From positions 26,914,437 through 26,978,436 of the forward strand of contig NC_092672.1 of the NCBI RefSeq assembly GCF_964355755.1: 64,000 bases of DNA, given 5' to 3'. Origin of the DNA: Antedon mediterranea (Eukaryota; Animalia; Echinodermata). Positions 1-14,200 of the stretch are shown one piece after another; within the stretch, counting starts at the first letter, position 1; each line of letters opens with the position of its first letter. The position numbers and the translations under genes were made by a program. The notes below the pieces were generated by a model. That model worked only from the letters and a program-made list of their open reading frames with translations. It searched no databases and was not told the origin of the DNA.

Positions 1-80
1 AACCCACTCAATTTGACTAAAAAAATTGTATTTTGCCAGTTCTTCAAAATCACTATGATTTTTTGTACTATTTATTGAAG

Positions 81-2447
81 CTTTCTAGTAAGTATGATGT
101 AATTGTTAACTGCACCGGTATGGGTGCCAAAGAGTTGGTGCCAGATAATGAAGTGTTCCCTGTACGAGGTCAAGTTATAAAGGTAAATTTACATATAATT
201 TTATCATAATTTTACTTCTGCTGTGAGAATAGACCTATTTGTTGAAATTGTACCAAATACTCTCTATGTGTAGAGCACTTTCATGTTGGTGCATTAAACT
301 TGCTGTTTTTTTTAACCTTAAATCTCATCCTAGCCACCAGCAAAAACTTGCAGGCTACTATCTGGAGGTCAGTGTTTGAGTTTCATCCAAAAATTACTTG
401 TTCATTTTTTTGTAAATTGGTATAAAAAGATATTTAGTACAATTATGCTCCCTCAAAGTTACTCAATAGATGATGATGTTGTGTATGTTGTTTTTTTGTT
501 GTTTTTTGGTGTAATATATGTTTTATTCTAAACCAATAGGTTAAAGCTCCCTTTATAAAACACTTCTTTATTGACCAGAGGAATGACTTAACTATGTCGT
601 ATATAATTCCTACGTAAGTAAATATAACGTTACTAAACCACTTAGTATTTAACAAACATGCCTTTCGGTATCGCTGGACTAAAATTGAGCTTGTGGACTT
701 TAAAAACACAGCCATGTATAGGCACTTATAGTATATTTTGAGGCTGGCATATGGTGTTTTATATATTGTAGTGTATTTCTGATGCTAAATACCATATTTT
801 TAAAATACCATATTTATAACACTTAATATTCTGTAGACTACCAAGGAATTCCTTTTATAAGGTTACTGCTTTTCAAACTAAATTTCAGCTAATAGCGAAA
901 GTGCTAGAAAATAGGGCTATAGACAATTTGGCCTGTCCTATGTAGCTAGGTAAAAAAGGAACAACCTTGCTAACGTTAATAATGAATATCTTTACAGATC
1001 TGAGACTGTAACAGTCGGTGGAACTGCTCAAAAAGGAAATTATAACGTGGACGTTGATTTTTCAGATAAGAAACGGATTATGGATGGTGCCTGTCGGATG
1101 ATTCCAAATTTGAAAGTAATAAGATCTAAATACAAATCTTCCTCCAATTTAAGACTTAAATAATAACTGATAAAATGAGTGAATAAATAAATAAGAGACC
1201 ACTTTTCCGAATGGGATAAACACATGATTTATCAAGCCTGAAGCCCAAAAGTGTGATCGAAGTATGATTTCAAGCAAAAAATAGTCAAATTTTGACTGCC
1301 AGCTAATATGGCTTTGGTTGCATTTAAACATTTATTTTGTCATTTTATAATTGAAAACATTATTTTTTTCGGTTTTTCTTTCCATGGAAGTGATTAACTT
1401 GTACACAACAAAATGGTCTATTTTATTAATCTTCATATTTTATGTTTTTGTGCACCTTTTTGGTTTGTATGGACCAATAATTTTTGGTAGAATCCTTACA
1501 AAAAACACTGATTTTCACCCATAAAGCCTTCAGAAACTATTAAACTATAGTCTATTAAAATAATAGTCGATCTTAAATCAAATATTATCATTTAGAATTG
1601 TACATATATACGAGACTGGGTTGGTTTACGTCCCGGAAGAAGGTCTGTAAGACTTGAGAAAGAAACAATGCATTTTAATGGGAAAAGAATTTCAGTGAGT
1701 ATTTTTTGTTTTACACTGTATCATCAAATAGCACTACCCCAAACCCTTTTCCTCTATCTCCTCCTTAACTGCACAAACGATAATAGTATATGGCTATATC
1801 TGGTCAGAAATATTAATAGTATACAAACAAAATGAAAAACAAATAAAATCAGAATGATAAAGATGAGGGTATTTATTTACTTCAACCATCTTTAAATATC
1901 TATGAGAATGAGAAAAGACAGATCCACCTGAGATTTGAACACAGAACCTTCTACTTGATATACAGTCGTTCCAACAATTAGACCACTGGGGCTTTGATGG
2001 TATTGTTCAAATTTGAATGGATAGCGAGAACACCTTCAGCGTGAAGAGCACAGTTTATTGTACACATTACCAACCGAGATCAAATTGATACTCCCTTTCA
2101 CTATGTCAATTCACGAAGCAGGATCTCTGAACCGGAAATTTTAGAATTTATTCTGTGCCTGCCCAAAACGAAATTGCAGTACCCGATTGTATATAAAGAC
2201 ACCACACTCATGAGGACGTAATTAAGAGGGCTGCAGTACATTTATTTAGTGTAACGTGACCCACAATTCTATCAAATAAATCTACTTAGGTGTGTTATAA
2301 AATGGGATAAAATTCTTTGTTTTTCTACAGGTAATACATAACTATGGACATGGCGGGGCTGGACTAACTCTTTCTTGGGGGTGTGCCAAAGATGTGGTGG
2401 CATTGATGAAACAGGATATCGCAAACAAAATAAGTTCTAGATTGTAA
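81..2447 (+). CDS. D-amino-acid oxidase / D-aspartate oxidase family flavoenzyme, 3' five coding exons (5' part outside window)
   Basis: GT-AG exons 81-182, 540-613, 998-1115, 1596-1694, 2331-2447 join in frame: [76 protein letters not shown]. Ends in the PTS1 tripeptide SRL. DAO versus DDO not resolvable by eye. Confidence 0.93.
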
Positions 2448-2890
2448 AGATCATGTGAAAATGCAACATACTGTACATACAAGTTGTCTTTTATTTTTAA
2501 AATAACAGGAAATCATCATCTATATTGTTTGTAATAATTAGTCACTGGTTGGAGGTACACACCTAATTGGTGACAGTGGCTTAGGCTGCTTTTCTGCTTT
2601 CCTGGTAGCTAGTGACTATGATTTTATATTTTCTTCTTGCATCGTGTTTGTTAAATTTGTTGATTTGTATTATATTTTGTAAAATGTATCTTTTGCCTTA
2701 ATAATAATAATAATAATCTAGGAAAACTGTTGGGAAACTTGGGAAACTAATGAAATAAAATAAAATAGTAACGCTTTCAAAGGTAGGAAAAGTTAAAATG
2801 CTGACATTTTAAAGTTGATTTGAATTTGTGTGTGAAATTTTTAAATTTTCTGTATATTATGGTGTGTTGAGTTGTGTAATTGTTCCTTTT

Positions 2891-3350
2891 GAGGATCAGT
2901 CTGGTCCATCTGGGAGATCAGTCTGGTTCATCTGGGAGATCAGTCTGGTTCATCTGGGAGATCAGTCTGGTTCATCTGGGAGATCAGTCTGGTTCATCTG
3001 GGAGATCAGTCTGGTTCATCTGAGAGATCAGTCTGTTTCATCTGAGAGATTAGTCTGTTCATCTGAGAGATCAGTCTGGTTCATCTGGGAGATCAGTCTG
3101 GTTCATCTGAGAGATCAGTCTGGTTCGTCTGAGAGATCAGTCTGGTTCGTCTGGGAGATCAGTCTGGTTCTTCTGGGAGATCAATCTGGTTCTTCTGGGA
3201 GATCAGTCTGGTTCATCTGGGAGATCAGTCTGGTTCATCTGGGAGATCAGTCTGGTTCATCTGGGAGATCAGTTTGGTTCATCAGGGAGATCAGTCTGGT
3301 TCTTCTGGGAGATCAGTCTGGTTCATATGGAAGATCAGTCTGGTTCATCT
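2891..3350. repeat. 22-bp minisatellite, ~21 copies
   Basis: Unit GGGAGATCAGTCTGGTTCATCT with scattered substitutions, downstream of the oxidase stop and an AATAAA at ~2754. Confidence 0.97.
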
Positions 3351-3842
3351 AAGGAAACAATTTGGTTCCTCCGAGTCTTTATATTGACGGGCATTAATTG
3401 AATTACTTATAGTTTTATAAGGTGTAGGTTAAGCCATATGTTATGCATATTTCAATAGCCATTGAACTTATTTTAACTAAAATATAAGATTAATATATAT
3501 TTTCTATTTTGAATTTTAACAAATTATCTTAGTAAGTAAGAGTATAAGTAAGATTCTGAATTTTAAAAATGCAATTAAACTAAGAAATAAAGGTGTATAC
3601 TGTAATGGTTTTTATTAGGTGGGAAAAATCAGTACATAAAGTACAGTGCAGTACATTTTTTAACTATTCAGAAAAGGCTGAAGAAGTTAATCACGATTTA
3701 CTGAAGTAACCTTACATGACTTTAATATATATGATTAAAATTATGAAAATCAAAATTATATTTCTGTGTTTATTTTATTTTAGTATCCAATACATACATT
3801 TGCTAGGTCATAGATCATGTAACAGTGAGTAGTAACAAAGAT

Positions 3843-3985
3843 AATGGAGTGTAATGGTACATAAAAGGTGTTTTGATAAACATGTGGATGACATGGGTCT
3901 GATACATACTGCCATTGCCTCATCCTTCATGTGGGACATACAGATGTTGATCCTGTGAACATACAATGCATATGTACATGATACA
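3843..3985 (+). mobile_element. Degenerate SINE fragment, same family as 40965-41451
   Basis: Shares GGAG..TAATGGTA, CATGTG..GGG, CATTGCCTCATCCTT..TGGGA..GTTG(A/G)TCCTGTG with the SINE at 41092-41250. Confidence 0.55.
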
Positions 3986-5238
3986 GACCTTGGAATGATG
4001 CATTAAAACTGTTTATGGATTGTACAGTTATTTTTTATATTTTTGTTACTGCAATAATGTTTCTTTAATTCTATTAAAGGGGGCTCCTGTATATTAGTTA
4101 AGAATGTTTGCCACACAAGCTTTTATCACTATATTTTCCTCTATGTATCTTGGTTATTCCTCTGTGGTTGGAGATAGTATTTCATTCGATAAAGGATTAA
4201 CTGCTCTATTCAACTTAGCGCCATCTCATTAAATAGAGCAGTCATCAACTCATGAAATATTCTCAACATTCAACTCATAAACATTCATTTTGTATTTTGA
4301 TTTACAAACAGCATAAATGAATCAGAATAAGTATTTGTTCTTCTGAAGTCTATTTTAATAGTACAATAGCATAAATGAGCAACTCTGTCACGTGAGGACT
4401 ACACTGATCAATTTATGTACAAAATAGTACATTCCTAAATGAGAAAAATGTCTGAACCATGAACCTTTGATTTTTAAACAGAACCCTTCATTTTTGACAC
4501 TTTTTTGTTTAATGATCGAATGGAAATACTCCATACGACCAACTCCTATTAATGGGACACCCTGAAAACCTCACTGTCTATACTATCAAGACAGTTTTAC
4601 AACAAATGTGTGATGTGCCCATATATGTCCATATAATGGTACACTTTTTTTGTCACATAATTCAATTCACATTTATTTAGCAACATAAATTTTACATTAC
4701 AGGGATTTTAGTAATTGTCTGTAGTCGTAGGACCCTTTAGAAAAAACAAATATATCACAAAGAAAAGTTGGGGAAAAAAAAAAAATAAGCTAAAGTATAA
4801 ATACATATAATATAAAACGAACTAAAGTTTAATAGTGTAGACATAGGCCTATTGTTGGGTGCCCTTATATAATATTAATAGGGGTTCCACTGTGCAGTGT
4901 AAATGAGCAAATGTCTACCAAAAATACACTAATACTATACCAATACAGTAGCAAAATTGCATTTGTTACAGATCGTTTTCTTTTGGCAATATCATATAAA
5001 TGAGTGGCGTTTATGAACAACAACAATCCTCCATTTTGTACTAAAAAAATAGTTTATAGCTCAGAGATACACGTAATCAAAGTTACTCAGAGTGTTTCAA
5101 AGCAATTAGTGTTTTCAGCGACTCTGTTGATAGGTAAAAAGTGTTCACTTTCCACTTGATAATGATTGCTATTTTGCGAGCGGATCACACCGTAAAGATT
5201 CTTAGATAGGAGAGAGATACTGTATGCTAATTTTTACT

Positions 5239-5342
5239 CTGAGCTATCTCCCCCTGGTCAATTCCCCACCAGGACGAACGACATAAACGGCTGAGCTATC
5301 TCCCCCTGGTCAATTCCCCACCAGGACGAACGACATAAACGG
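5239..5342. repeat. Perfect 52-bp tandem duplication
   Basis: CTGAGCTATCTCCCCCTGGTCAATTCCCCACCAGGACGAACGACATAAACGG occurs twice, adjacent. Confidence 0.95.
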
Positions 5343-8245
5343 AGAGGACACAGTTATACATGCACACTTAATTCATTGAGGTATTATGTACAGTAACAAT
5401 ATATAAATGAGTTGTAGAACTTGAAATAATCATAGAGGTTTTTACAACTACAAAGTCAACAACTAGATGCTAATGAAATGATGCAAACAGAGACTCCTCA
5501 CAATAACTACCTTATCTGTTGCTGTTTCTGTATAATACTGATTAAAACATATTATGAAGAAAAGCATACATGGTATCTTTTTGAGCCGTGATTGTGTTAA
5601 AGATGACCCTCTAGTTGCATTACTGTACCAATACCTCTATGATATTAATACATTACAATCATTTTTATTATGGTAGCAACAAATATAAATGAGAATGATC
5701 TATCATATATTAACAATAAATGAGAAAATACCCAGTTAAGAATTGTTATTTTCTTTGTTTCACAAATCAGTTGAGTTCAGAGTCCACTCATTAAAGAACC
5801 AATCCATGTTTTGAAACATGAGTCAAACTCTCTTAACACCTCAACTCTCATACAAAATTAAGAAACACAACAAGTTGTGGAGGATTTGAAGCCACAACCT
5901 GTTCAACTACAGCATTGTGTACAAACGTATGATATATTTAATATATCATACGTGACCTACCAACCTTACATTTACATTCAGATAAATAATACACAAACAA
6001 GTTTTTACAGAAATTCTTACCAAATGCACTCAACAAACCAAATAGCTGAACTTAACGTATGGAAAATCAAACATAAAGATCCTTTACAAATAAATATAGT
6101 AAAGAAAAATATTCTAAGTAAAAAGTATTTTATACCAGTTCCTTTTTAAGTTACCACTTACATTAAACAACATAAAAACCAGCACACTCAAGAAAGTACA
6201 ATAACAATTGAATTAAATATCTCACATTATGCCAGCAAGTTAATTAATTAAACATAATATAACAAGAACACCTTTTATAACTCAAATAGTAAACAACATA
6301 AATATTTATATAAATAACCATACAAAATAAAAAACTAATACTATAAAAATTATTTGGCAATAAACTCAAATAATAGCCAGTTCTATGAAACAATGTTGGT
6401 ATTATTTTTTAACTAAATTTTTAATTAATAACATTTCACATAACATATTGATTGCAAACATAGCTCGGGGCTTAGAAGGTTTGAACAAAACCACTTTTTT
6501 TCCCTAATGTGCAAGTCCTAGCAGAAAAGGTTATACACATGTTTAACTAGCCTAGTTAATGTTGATTTTGCCCTTTTGTGCGAAGAATGTGCTCTTTTGT
6601 GAAAAAAAAAGTTCCCCCTCATAAAAATCAAATTCATTATTAAAAATAGGCCTCAAGCATACAATAAATGGCATTTTAACTATAAACATTTCTTGGAGAA
6701 GACAACAGATTCAGCTTTAATCCTTCAGTAATTAATAAATGATTTCTTATAATTATTGTTAGATATATTTAAAAATAAATACAAATTTCAAATTGTTGAC
6801 AATGCCAGTGAATGTATTTTTTGCAGTACTAAGCGCAATATAATATATGACATAAAAAAACTTTTAGACTATCACATCAGTCAAATCTCGTCTAGCTTAT
6901 TCACTAAAAATACTTGTAGTGTAGTAACTTTTCTATCTGTATGAATTGATTTGCAGTCAACAATTTATACACATGCATAGACCAAAGTTGTGGAAAGAAT
7001 TCACATGTACTGGCGGTAATAAACTGAATATTTTGGAAATAAATAATAAATTTGTAAATAAACACGTTAAAAAACACTAATTATCGCTTTATGAACAACA
7101 CTAAAATGTATATAGAAATGATGTTTCTTTTTAAAGTTTATTTTATTTATGTTTTATTTTTAGTTTTTATGTAAAATGGTCCTTCAAAAACAGAATTGTA
7201 AATTTGTTTATAGAAGATCCTTGCCTTCAATTGTATATTGTAATTGTAAAATTATAAACGGTGACTAAGTCAATGTGAATAAATGAATTTAATTCATTCT
7301 GATATAATATTTTGAATATAACTTCTTTTTTCCATTTACAATACTAAGATTCAATTGTTCATTTAGTATTGCTGGTCCTAAATTATGGAATGTGCTTAAG
7401 GCTAATTTATGTGCATATCAAAACATTTTACTTTTAAATAAATATGTTAAACATTATCTTTTATCTAATTATAATTACTATCTCTTATTGTTTATATGCA
7501 AAATATGTGTTTCTTTCTGCATTAACGTAAAACTTTGTAACTTTAAATTACTCATATTATATTGTATCTATCCCCGGGTAATTTTGAGACAATTTCTTTG
7601 AACTTTGAATTATGATCCAAGTCAATAGAATATGGCCAATCCTATCCTCATGCATTATTATGTCAAATTGTTATTATTTTGTTCCATTTGTTAAATAAAT
7701 GGTAAAAAATGCTGAATGTAAATAAGAGCAACTTATCTGTTTTGGCTTATATCTTTAATTTGCTTTTGCCGATACTGATTTTGCCAAATAAATGCTGTTA
7801 TCAAGTATAAATAAGTACAGGGCAAGCCTACTGTCAACTGGTTTAAATAATTAGTATTGCAATTGTTTTTTTGTTAATCAAAGTACTTTTGTATTTTGTG
7901 TTCCAAAAACTGGACACACACTTTTATGAACAAATAAATACATATTTTTATTTTATAATATTAAATACAAAAATTAATTTAATTAAAAAATTAATCATTC
8001 CAGTTGATAATAAAAAATAATAAAAATTGATTGCAAATTTTTCTCAATGTAGTTTAGTATAAAGTACAGATTACGTTAGAGTAGGACAAAACATTTGACC
8101 AATTTCATCTTTATAAAAGGAATAAATTGAGATTTTTTGGGTAAACTCATTCCTGAGGGAATTCCTGACAGAAATGATAAATAAGAATTGGCAAAAAATA
8201 ATTATTTTTATATAATTATAATTGAAATTATTTCATAAACTGTTT

Positions 8246-11200
8246 TTAATCATCGCTATCATTTTCTTCATGTTCATGAGATGTACATTTTCCTTTTTCT
8301 ACATTTTTCCTTGTTTCTGGCAACTTTTCCTTACTTTCAACTTCTTTCATGTTAAATTTATCACCATACATTTTTAGCATCTCTACTTTCAGCTTGTTTA
8401 GAATCTTTTCATTTGGTTTGTTCTTCGTCTTTGCTTGTAACTCTATTATACTCTGCTCTGCTTCCTAATAAATAAACAGAAGTGGTTTTTGAACATTAAA
8501 TGTGGATACAAATTATATTCAAACACAGACTGTAAGTGGGTTGAAAGTTCAAGCCCTAAACCATTTTAAACACGCAGCATACAACTGATTTGTTAAAACT
8601 GGAGAACCTTGGCTTTTTAAATCACAAGAACCATTTTTGGTTGAAAGACTTTTGACATGTTACTACCGTCACACGTTGTCTTTGCATTGTCAGAGAATTG
8701 CGTACATAAAATTCTCATTACATACATATACATACATAGTTATTTCATCATGTTTGTAGTATACAAACTTTTCTTTATAGATCTTAATATTAAGAGAATC
8801 CCAGTATAGCAAAACCCAACAATTACAGGACCTAAGAAACTGTCACCTAATAAGTGGTGACCACAGAGTGTTATAAAAGTACAATTCGAAAGACTTTATG
8901 TGTGTCCCTGTTACGGGTGCAGGTCAAGTCGGCCCCAAACCGTCTCGGCCAAAGTCAAGTCGGCCCCACGTCAAGTCGGCCCCAAGTCAACTCGGCCTCA
9001 AGTCAACTCGGCCTCACGTCAACTCGGCCAAAAACTAATCGGTCAACTCGGCCACAATAAAGTATGGAACGCAAAAAGTGCTTAATATTATTACAATTCT
9101 TACTATCCACGTTTAAAAAAAAATGAAGAAATAAAAAATATAATATCATATAAAAAAATGAACTCATTGCCGAAATGAATAGAAGTACCCGCGTGTTACA
9201 AAAAACACGTGCAGGTACCGTATTTTAGGAAATCGAAGACGGAGGCCTACGTTCCACCATTTGGCCATAGAAAAAATGATCGTGCATGATTTGCGTTTTT
9301 AAAAAAGGGGAATCCCCCGGTCAGCGAAAACACATAGCAGTTGTAGATATCGAAAAAGCTGGCAAACGCACAGGGAGGCTCAGCTACGAAATTTTATTAA
9401 ACGTAAATAAAGGAAAGTTGGTGAAATCATTCCTATTTTTTTTGCTAAATATATTATTGTCTAAATAATAATATTCATTAAAAGTCAGAATTATTCATAG
9501 TTAAAAAATTGTGAAGAAATATTATTTTATCAATCCCCTTCATTTGCACTTTTTGCGTTCCATACTTTAATGGGCCGAGTTGACCGATTATTTTTTGGCC
9601 GAGTTGACGTGAGGCCGAGTTGACTTGAGGCCGAGTTGACTTGCGGCCGAGTTGACTTGAGGCCGACTTGACTTGGGGCCGACTTGACTTTGGCCGAGAC
9701 GGTTTAGGGCCGACTTGGATCGAAACCCCTGTTACACTTTGTAACCATTGAGATAAGTATAGCATACTTATAGCCGCTTGTACAGGATTAAAATATTATT
9801 TTTCAATTGTAAATTTAAAATGAACACTTACTTGCCCAGCTCAAATCCGATTTAAATGCTCAAATCACACATTTCCTAATTCAATGTATGTTCTCAAATA
9901 TCTTAATAGATTCCCATACAGTAAACGCCTTTTAACAGAACGCTTTCTGGACCATAGAAAGTGTCCGCTTTATAGGGGATTTCTTTGTCCACTGTAACGC
10001 TAAAACATATATTTTCTCTTTTACAGGCAAGTGTCCCCTTAAAGATGTATTGTCTCCCAAAAAAAAATATTTTTTTGTTGAATATGCCATTTTAATGTCA
10101 CAAAATAGTGAAAACAAAAATTGAATCGGAAAAATGTATTTACCTGAAAATAACTGTAGTTTAAAGCAAAAAATAGTTGAATTGGCTGTCAGCCAATGGG
10201 TTTTTGGTTAAATTTGACGATTATTTGTCATTTAATTTTAAAAGTCTGATTTAATTAATCTTAATCATATTTTTTCATGTTATTGGGGGACAATACATCT
10301 TTAATAGGGTTCCCCTTGAATATGGGTTGACGGTAGTGTTAAAATATATATATAATATTTCCTTATTTCACAGGAAAGTGTCCCTTAATAGGGTTTCCCC
10401 TGAATATTGGTTAACTGTTATATTCCCTCTTGTTAATTTCACAGGAAAGTGTCCCTTAATAGGGTTTCCCTGAATATTGGTTAACTGTTATATTCCCTCT
10501 TGTTAATTTCACAGGAAAGTGTCCCTTAATTGAGGTGTTCCAAATCAAAAATCATCACTCATTCAAGTCATACCTTTTTCTCTTTGTTCCTAATAGACGC
10601 TCCTTTCTTATATATCTTAATAAGTGAACCCCAGTACTTTAGATGTGGGTGGAGTAATTTCAGAATCTTTTGGGCACCATGTTGTTTACCAACCTTCTTA
10701 TTCTTACATTGACCCTGAAAAAATAAAAAATTAAAGATTAAAAAGTGCTTTAATATCCTATTTCTTTTAAATAAGGCATTTTTAGTAGTACTGAATTTAC
10801 AATATAAATATATTTTGTTTATTTTATATGCAGTCAACAGTGAGAGATTGCCAATTACAGGATGAATGAATCGTGAATTACAACCCTGACACAAAGTCAG
10901 GATTAAACCTTGGGATTGGAAGGCAAGAATGTGACCCACCAATCTACAGCTTCACTACATGCACACATCTGATCTAGTGGAATATGCTGGAGAAACATAA
11001 TTAACCAGTTTTATAAGAGATAGTAAACAGGCCTTTTGTCTTCTAGGAAACTATTTTTAACATTGAGACATGTGACTAGAGTAAAAGTATAAATGTTAGA
11101 AATTACTTACAGTGACAACGTGTTGGCCAAAGGTCAAAGTGTATGTGCTTCGTTGGTGTTTACTAACTTGTACAGTAAAGTCTAGATCCATATCATCTAG

Positions 11201-14200
11201 ACCATGATGTCTGTAACAGGAGAAAACAGGCTTCTTTTTTAGATGAGTTTCTTTGCGAGATTAGTTTTGCAAACTAAAGAATGGGATTTCTTTTCGAAAT
11301 GAATGCTGTAAATTTTGTGAATTGCAATAATATGGATTTTTAATGGAATTAAACTTTTAAAATGATAATATAAACTTGATCATTTCATATTCAAATAGTC
11401 TATCTTGAAAAGAAGCCCACTGCGCTTGATTTTCGAGGGGGTGGGGGGCTTCAATTCGAGATGGATTTCTTTTTTAGGTTTTACGGTATAAGACTACTTT
11501 CTTCAAATGGCATATTAAAGGCAGCTGATTTAAAGTTATGACCTCTAACCTTTGTTTGTATTCTTGTAACATCATCCAAGGGGTCAGCTGACCAGCCTTG
11601 GTACACAATTCATATACTCTTGTGTCTTCTATTAAAATATTGTTAAAATACTGAAAGAATGAAATCAGTTGGTTGTATGTTATACAATACAATCAAGTAG
11701 ACAAAAATATTTTATCATAATTGTTTTATGACAGAATTACCTCCAAGTCATCAGTATCGCTAGCTTTTTTCTCTCCCAGACACAAATTTGGAATTAAAAT
11801 TTCTAGAGTTGCTCGGGCTGAAATGCAAAGAAAATAGTTATTACTGATACAAGACAAATTATGTACACAATATAGAAAACGGATACAATCTGGGATATAC
11901 ACAGGGCCGACATTCATCTTTCGAAATGTGCTGGCATGTCGCATAAATACCTATACGTTGTTGAACTCACCTGCTTCATTCTTGGCTTGTTTCTTACTAA
12001 TTGCTGCTCCTTTGCCATACTGTGTTCCATCAATCTCAGCAATGGCCTCAAACGGTGTGCTCATGTTTTCTGTGGGGGAAAATGCAAATGTTCCCAGTTT
12101 AATACCTTGGCTGGCGGATCTTTTTAAAGGTTCTATCACATATGTCAAAACAAATAATTAATACTTTTTACAAAAAACACAACTATCGGAAGTTATATTC
12201 ACATTATCGTCTAGGTGCATCTGTTCAGCCGTATCCTGTGAAATTGTGATGTACTATGACATATACATGCTGGTTACAAACATTCTAAGTCAACACTGCT
12301 TTTGATGGGTGTTATTCGCAGCGCCCTGGATAAAACCAATATGCAATAAAACTCGTTGCTGAAGGCGACTTGTTAAGCCTGTTTCTTTCTAGGCAATTTT
12401 ATTCAGGCAAATCTAACATTTTCTGTAGAAGTAAATTTATTGACTCACCACATTCATTGTATATATACTTTGGCTGCACTTTCATCACTCTTTGAGCATA
12501 TTCATGCAATATACATACAGGTGTTTTGTCTTTTGAATTTATTACAAAATCTATCATAAAACAAAAGTTTTAGTGAGGTATTTATAGGGAATTAACTAAA
12601 TTTAGAGTTTCTTATCTTCACCTTGTAACATTCCTACAATACAGTATATTGTTTAAAATAACTTTCATAACAACATTATCAATTCTAAAATAGGCTTTTG
12701 GCACTGACTTGTAAAAGGTGATGATTGGATTGACCAAATTCGCTATATACATTATGAAAATCAAATTGCCTACTGTCCTAAAGTTTAGTCAAAACGTTTT
12801 CACATTACATGATGATGTAACGATGACATAGTGTCTATGCTCTCCTGAGGCAAGAGAGATAACACATTTGTAATGAACAATAATGTAAAACAACAGAAGT
12901 AAATGATCAATATTCAACATGGAAAACTTCAGATTTATTTCTATTTACCTTTTTTGCCCTTTCCTGATTTCTCTGACCCAGGAATCTGACAAGTTATTAG
13001 ACTTGATTTCCCAGGCTGAAAAATGGAAATAAATTTATTTATAAGTCCTTAGTTTACATTTCTCACTGCCTTTTGTTAGCCTTTCTCAGTGATGGTTGCT
13101 CTGCCTTGTTATTGGCCAGCTTTTTGTGTTGGGTTTCAATTTAATTTGTTTAGCTAGATACCCACATCACTGATAACACCTGCGAGGTATGTACTGACTG
13201 GTCTATGCACCTTAAATTGCTGGTAAACGGAAGCAGCGATGTGGGTTCGATTGGTTTTGTTTTATTTCGATTTTTGTCAAAATTATCAGTAGTATTTAGG
13301 TTTCAAGGACTATGTTTTTTTCATGGTTTTTCACAAGCGCCTTGAACATTTTTGTGGATATGTGCGCTATATAAATCTTATTATTATTATTATAGGGCTT
13401 TTATGCGGGTAGGTTTGTTTTAAATTTGAAATTAAGAAAATGTATAAATATAAGAAATACTAAATATTAACCATTTTATTCAAGTTGACTTACAAGCTGT
13501 GGACGATCAAGGCTTTCTTTTAACTGCTTGTTGTGTCTTCTTTTATCTGCATACGTTCTAAACAAAATAAAAAAATAATTTAGAGCTTTCAATTTGTGAT
13601 AACCAAGAACCTAGTTACGCCATTATAATTGTGGAGACGTTGGGACATTTAGTATGAGGATCCCTGTATTGTTTGGCTAAAAGCCATCAATGCAACATTG
13701 TGGTATAGAGGTATGAACGCAAGGCTAGTATAGTGTCTCTTAAGGTTGTAGGTTTCCCACTCATATGTACTCATGCACATTTAATGTACTCATATGTACT
13801 TTTGCATGTTGTCATAATTTGACTTTATACATGTGTCCAAAGGCAAGTTACTAAAAAATCTCAATAATAAGAATAAGCAAAAAGCAAAACCAAAACTATA
13901 AAGTAAAACAGCCAATAAAAAATGTATAAAATCAAATTATGACAATATGGCAAAACATCTGACCAATTTTCAAATTCAGTAAAAGTTTCCAATTCAGTAA
14001 AAGTGGAAACTTAATCAAAGTTGGTACTTAAAAGAATTAACACTGCAAAGGTTTCTCTGCAATCAAAAGTATTAATAATGGCAAACCAAAATACAAAATA
14101 TGTGTACAAAAAAATAACATTAGTAATTTTAATCTAGAAAAATAGCAAAACAGCGAACTTACTTGAATTTTTTAACTGTTAATGTTTCAAATTCAAATAA

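Noticed and set aside
1921-1995. tRNA gene on the minus strand
   Set aside because: Only degenerate A/B-box traces and no cloverleaf; at most an old tRNA-SINE head.
2828-3352. 174-aa repetitive ORF
   Set aside because: Translation of the 22-bp minisatellite from a GTG start; no splice or domain support.
8854-9765. ORFs with SRPQVNSAS repeats on both strands
   Set aside because: Products of the tandem subunits in the foldback transposon arms.
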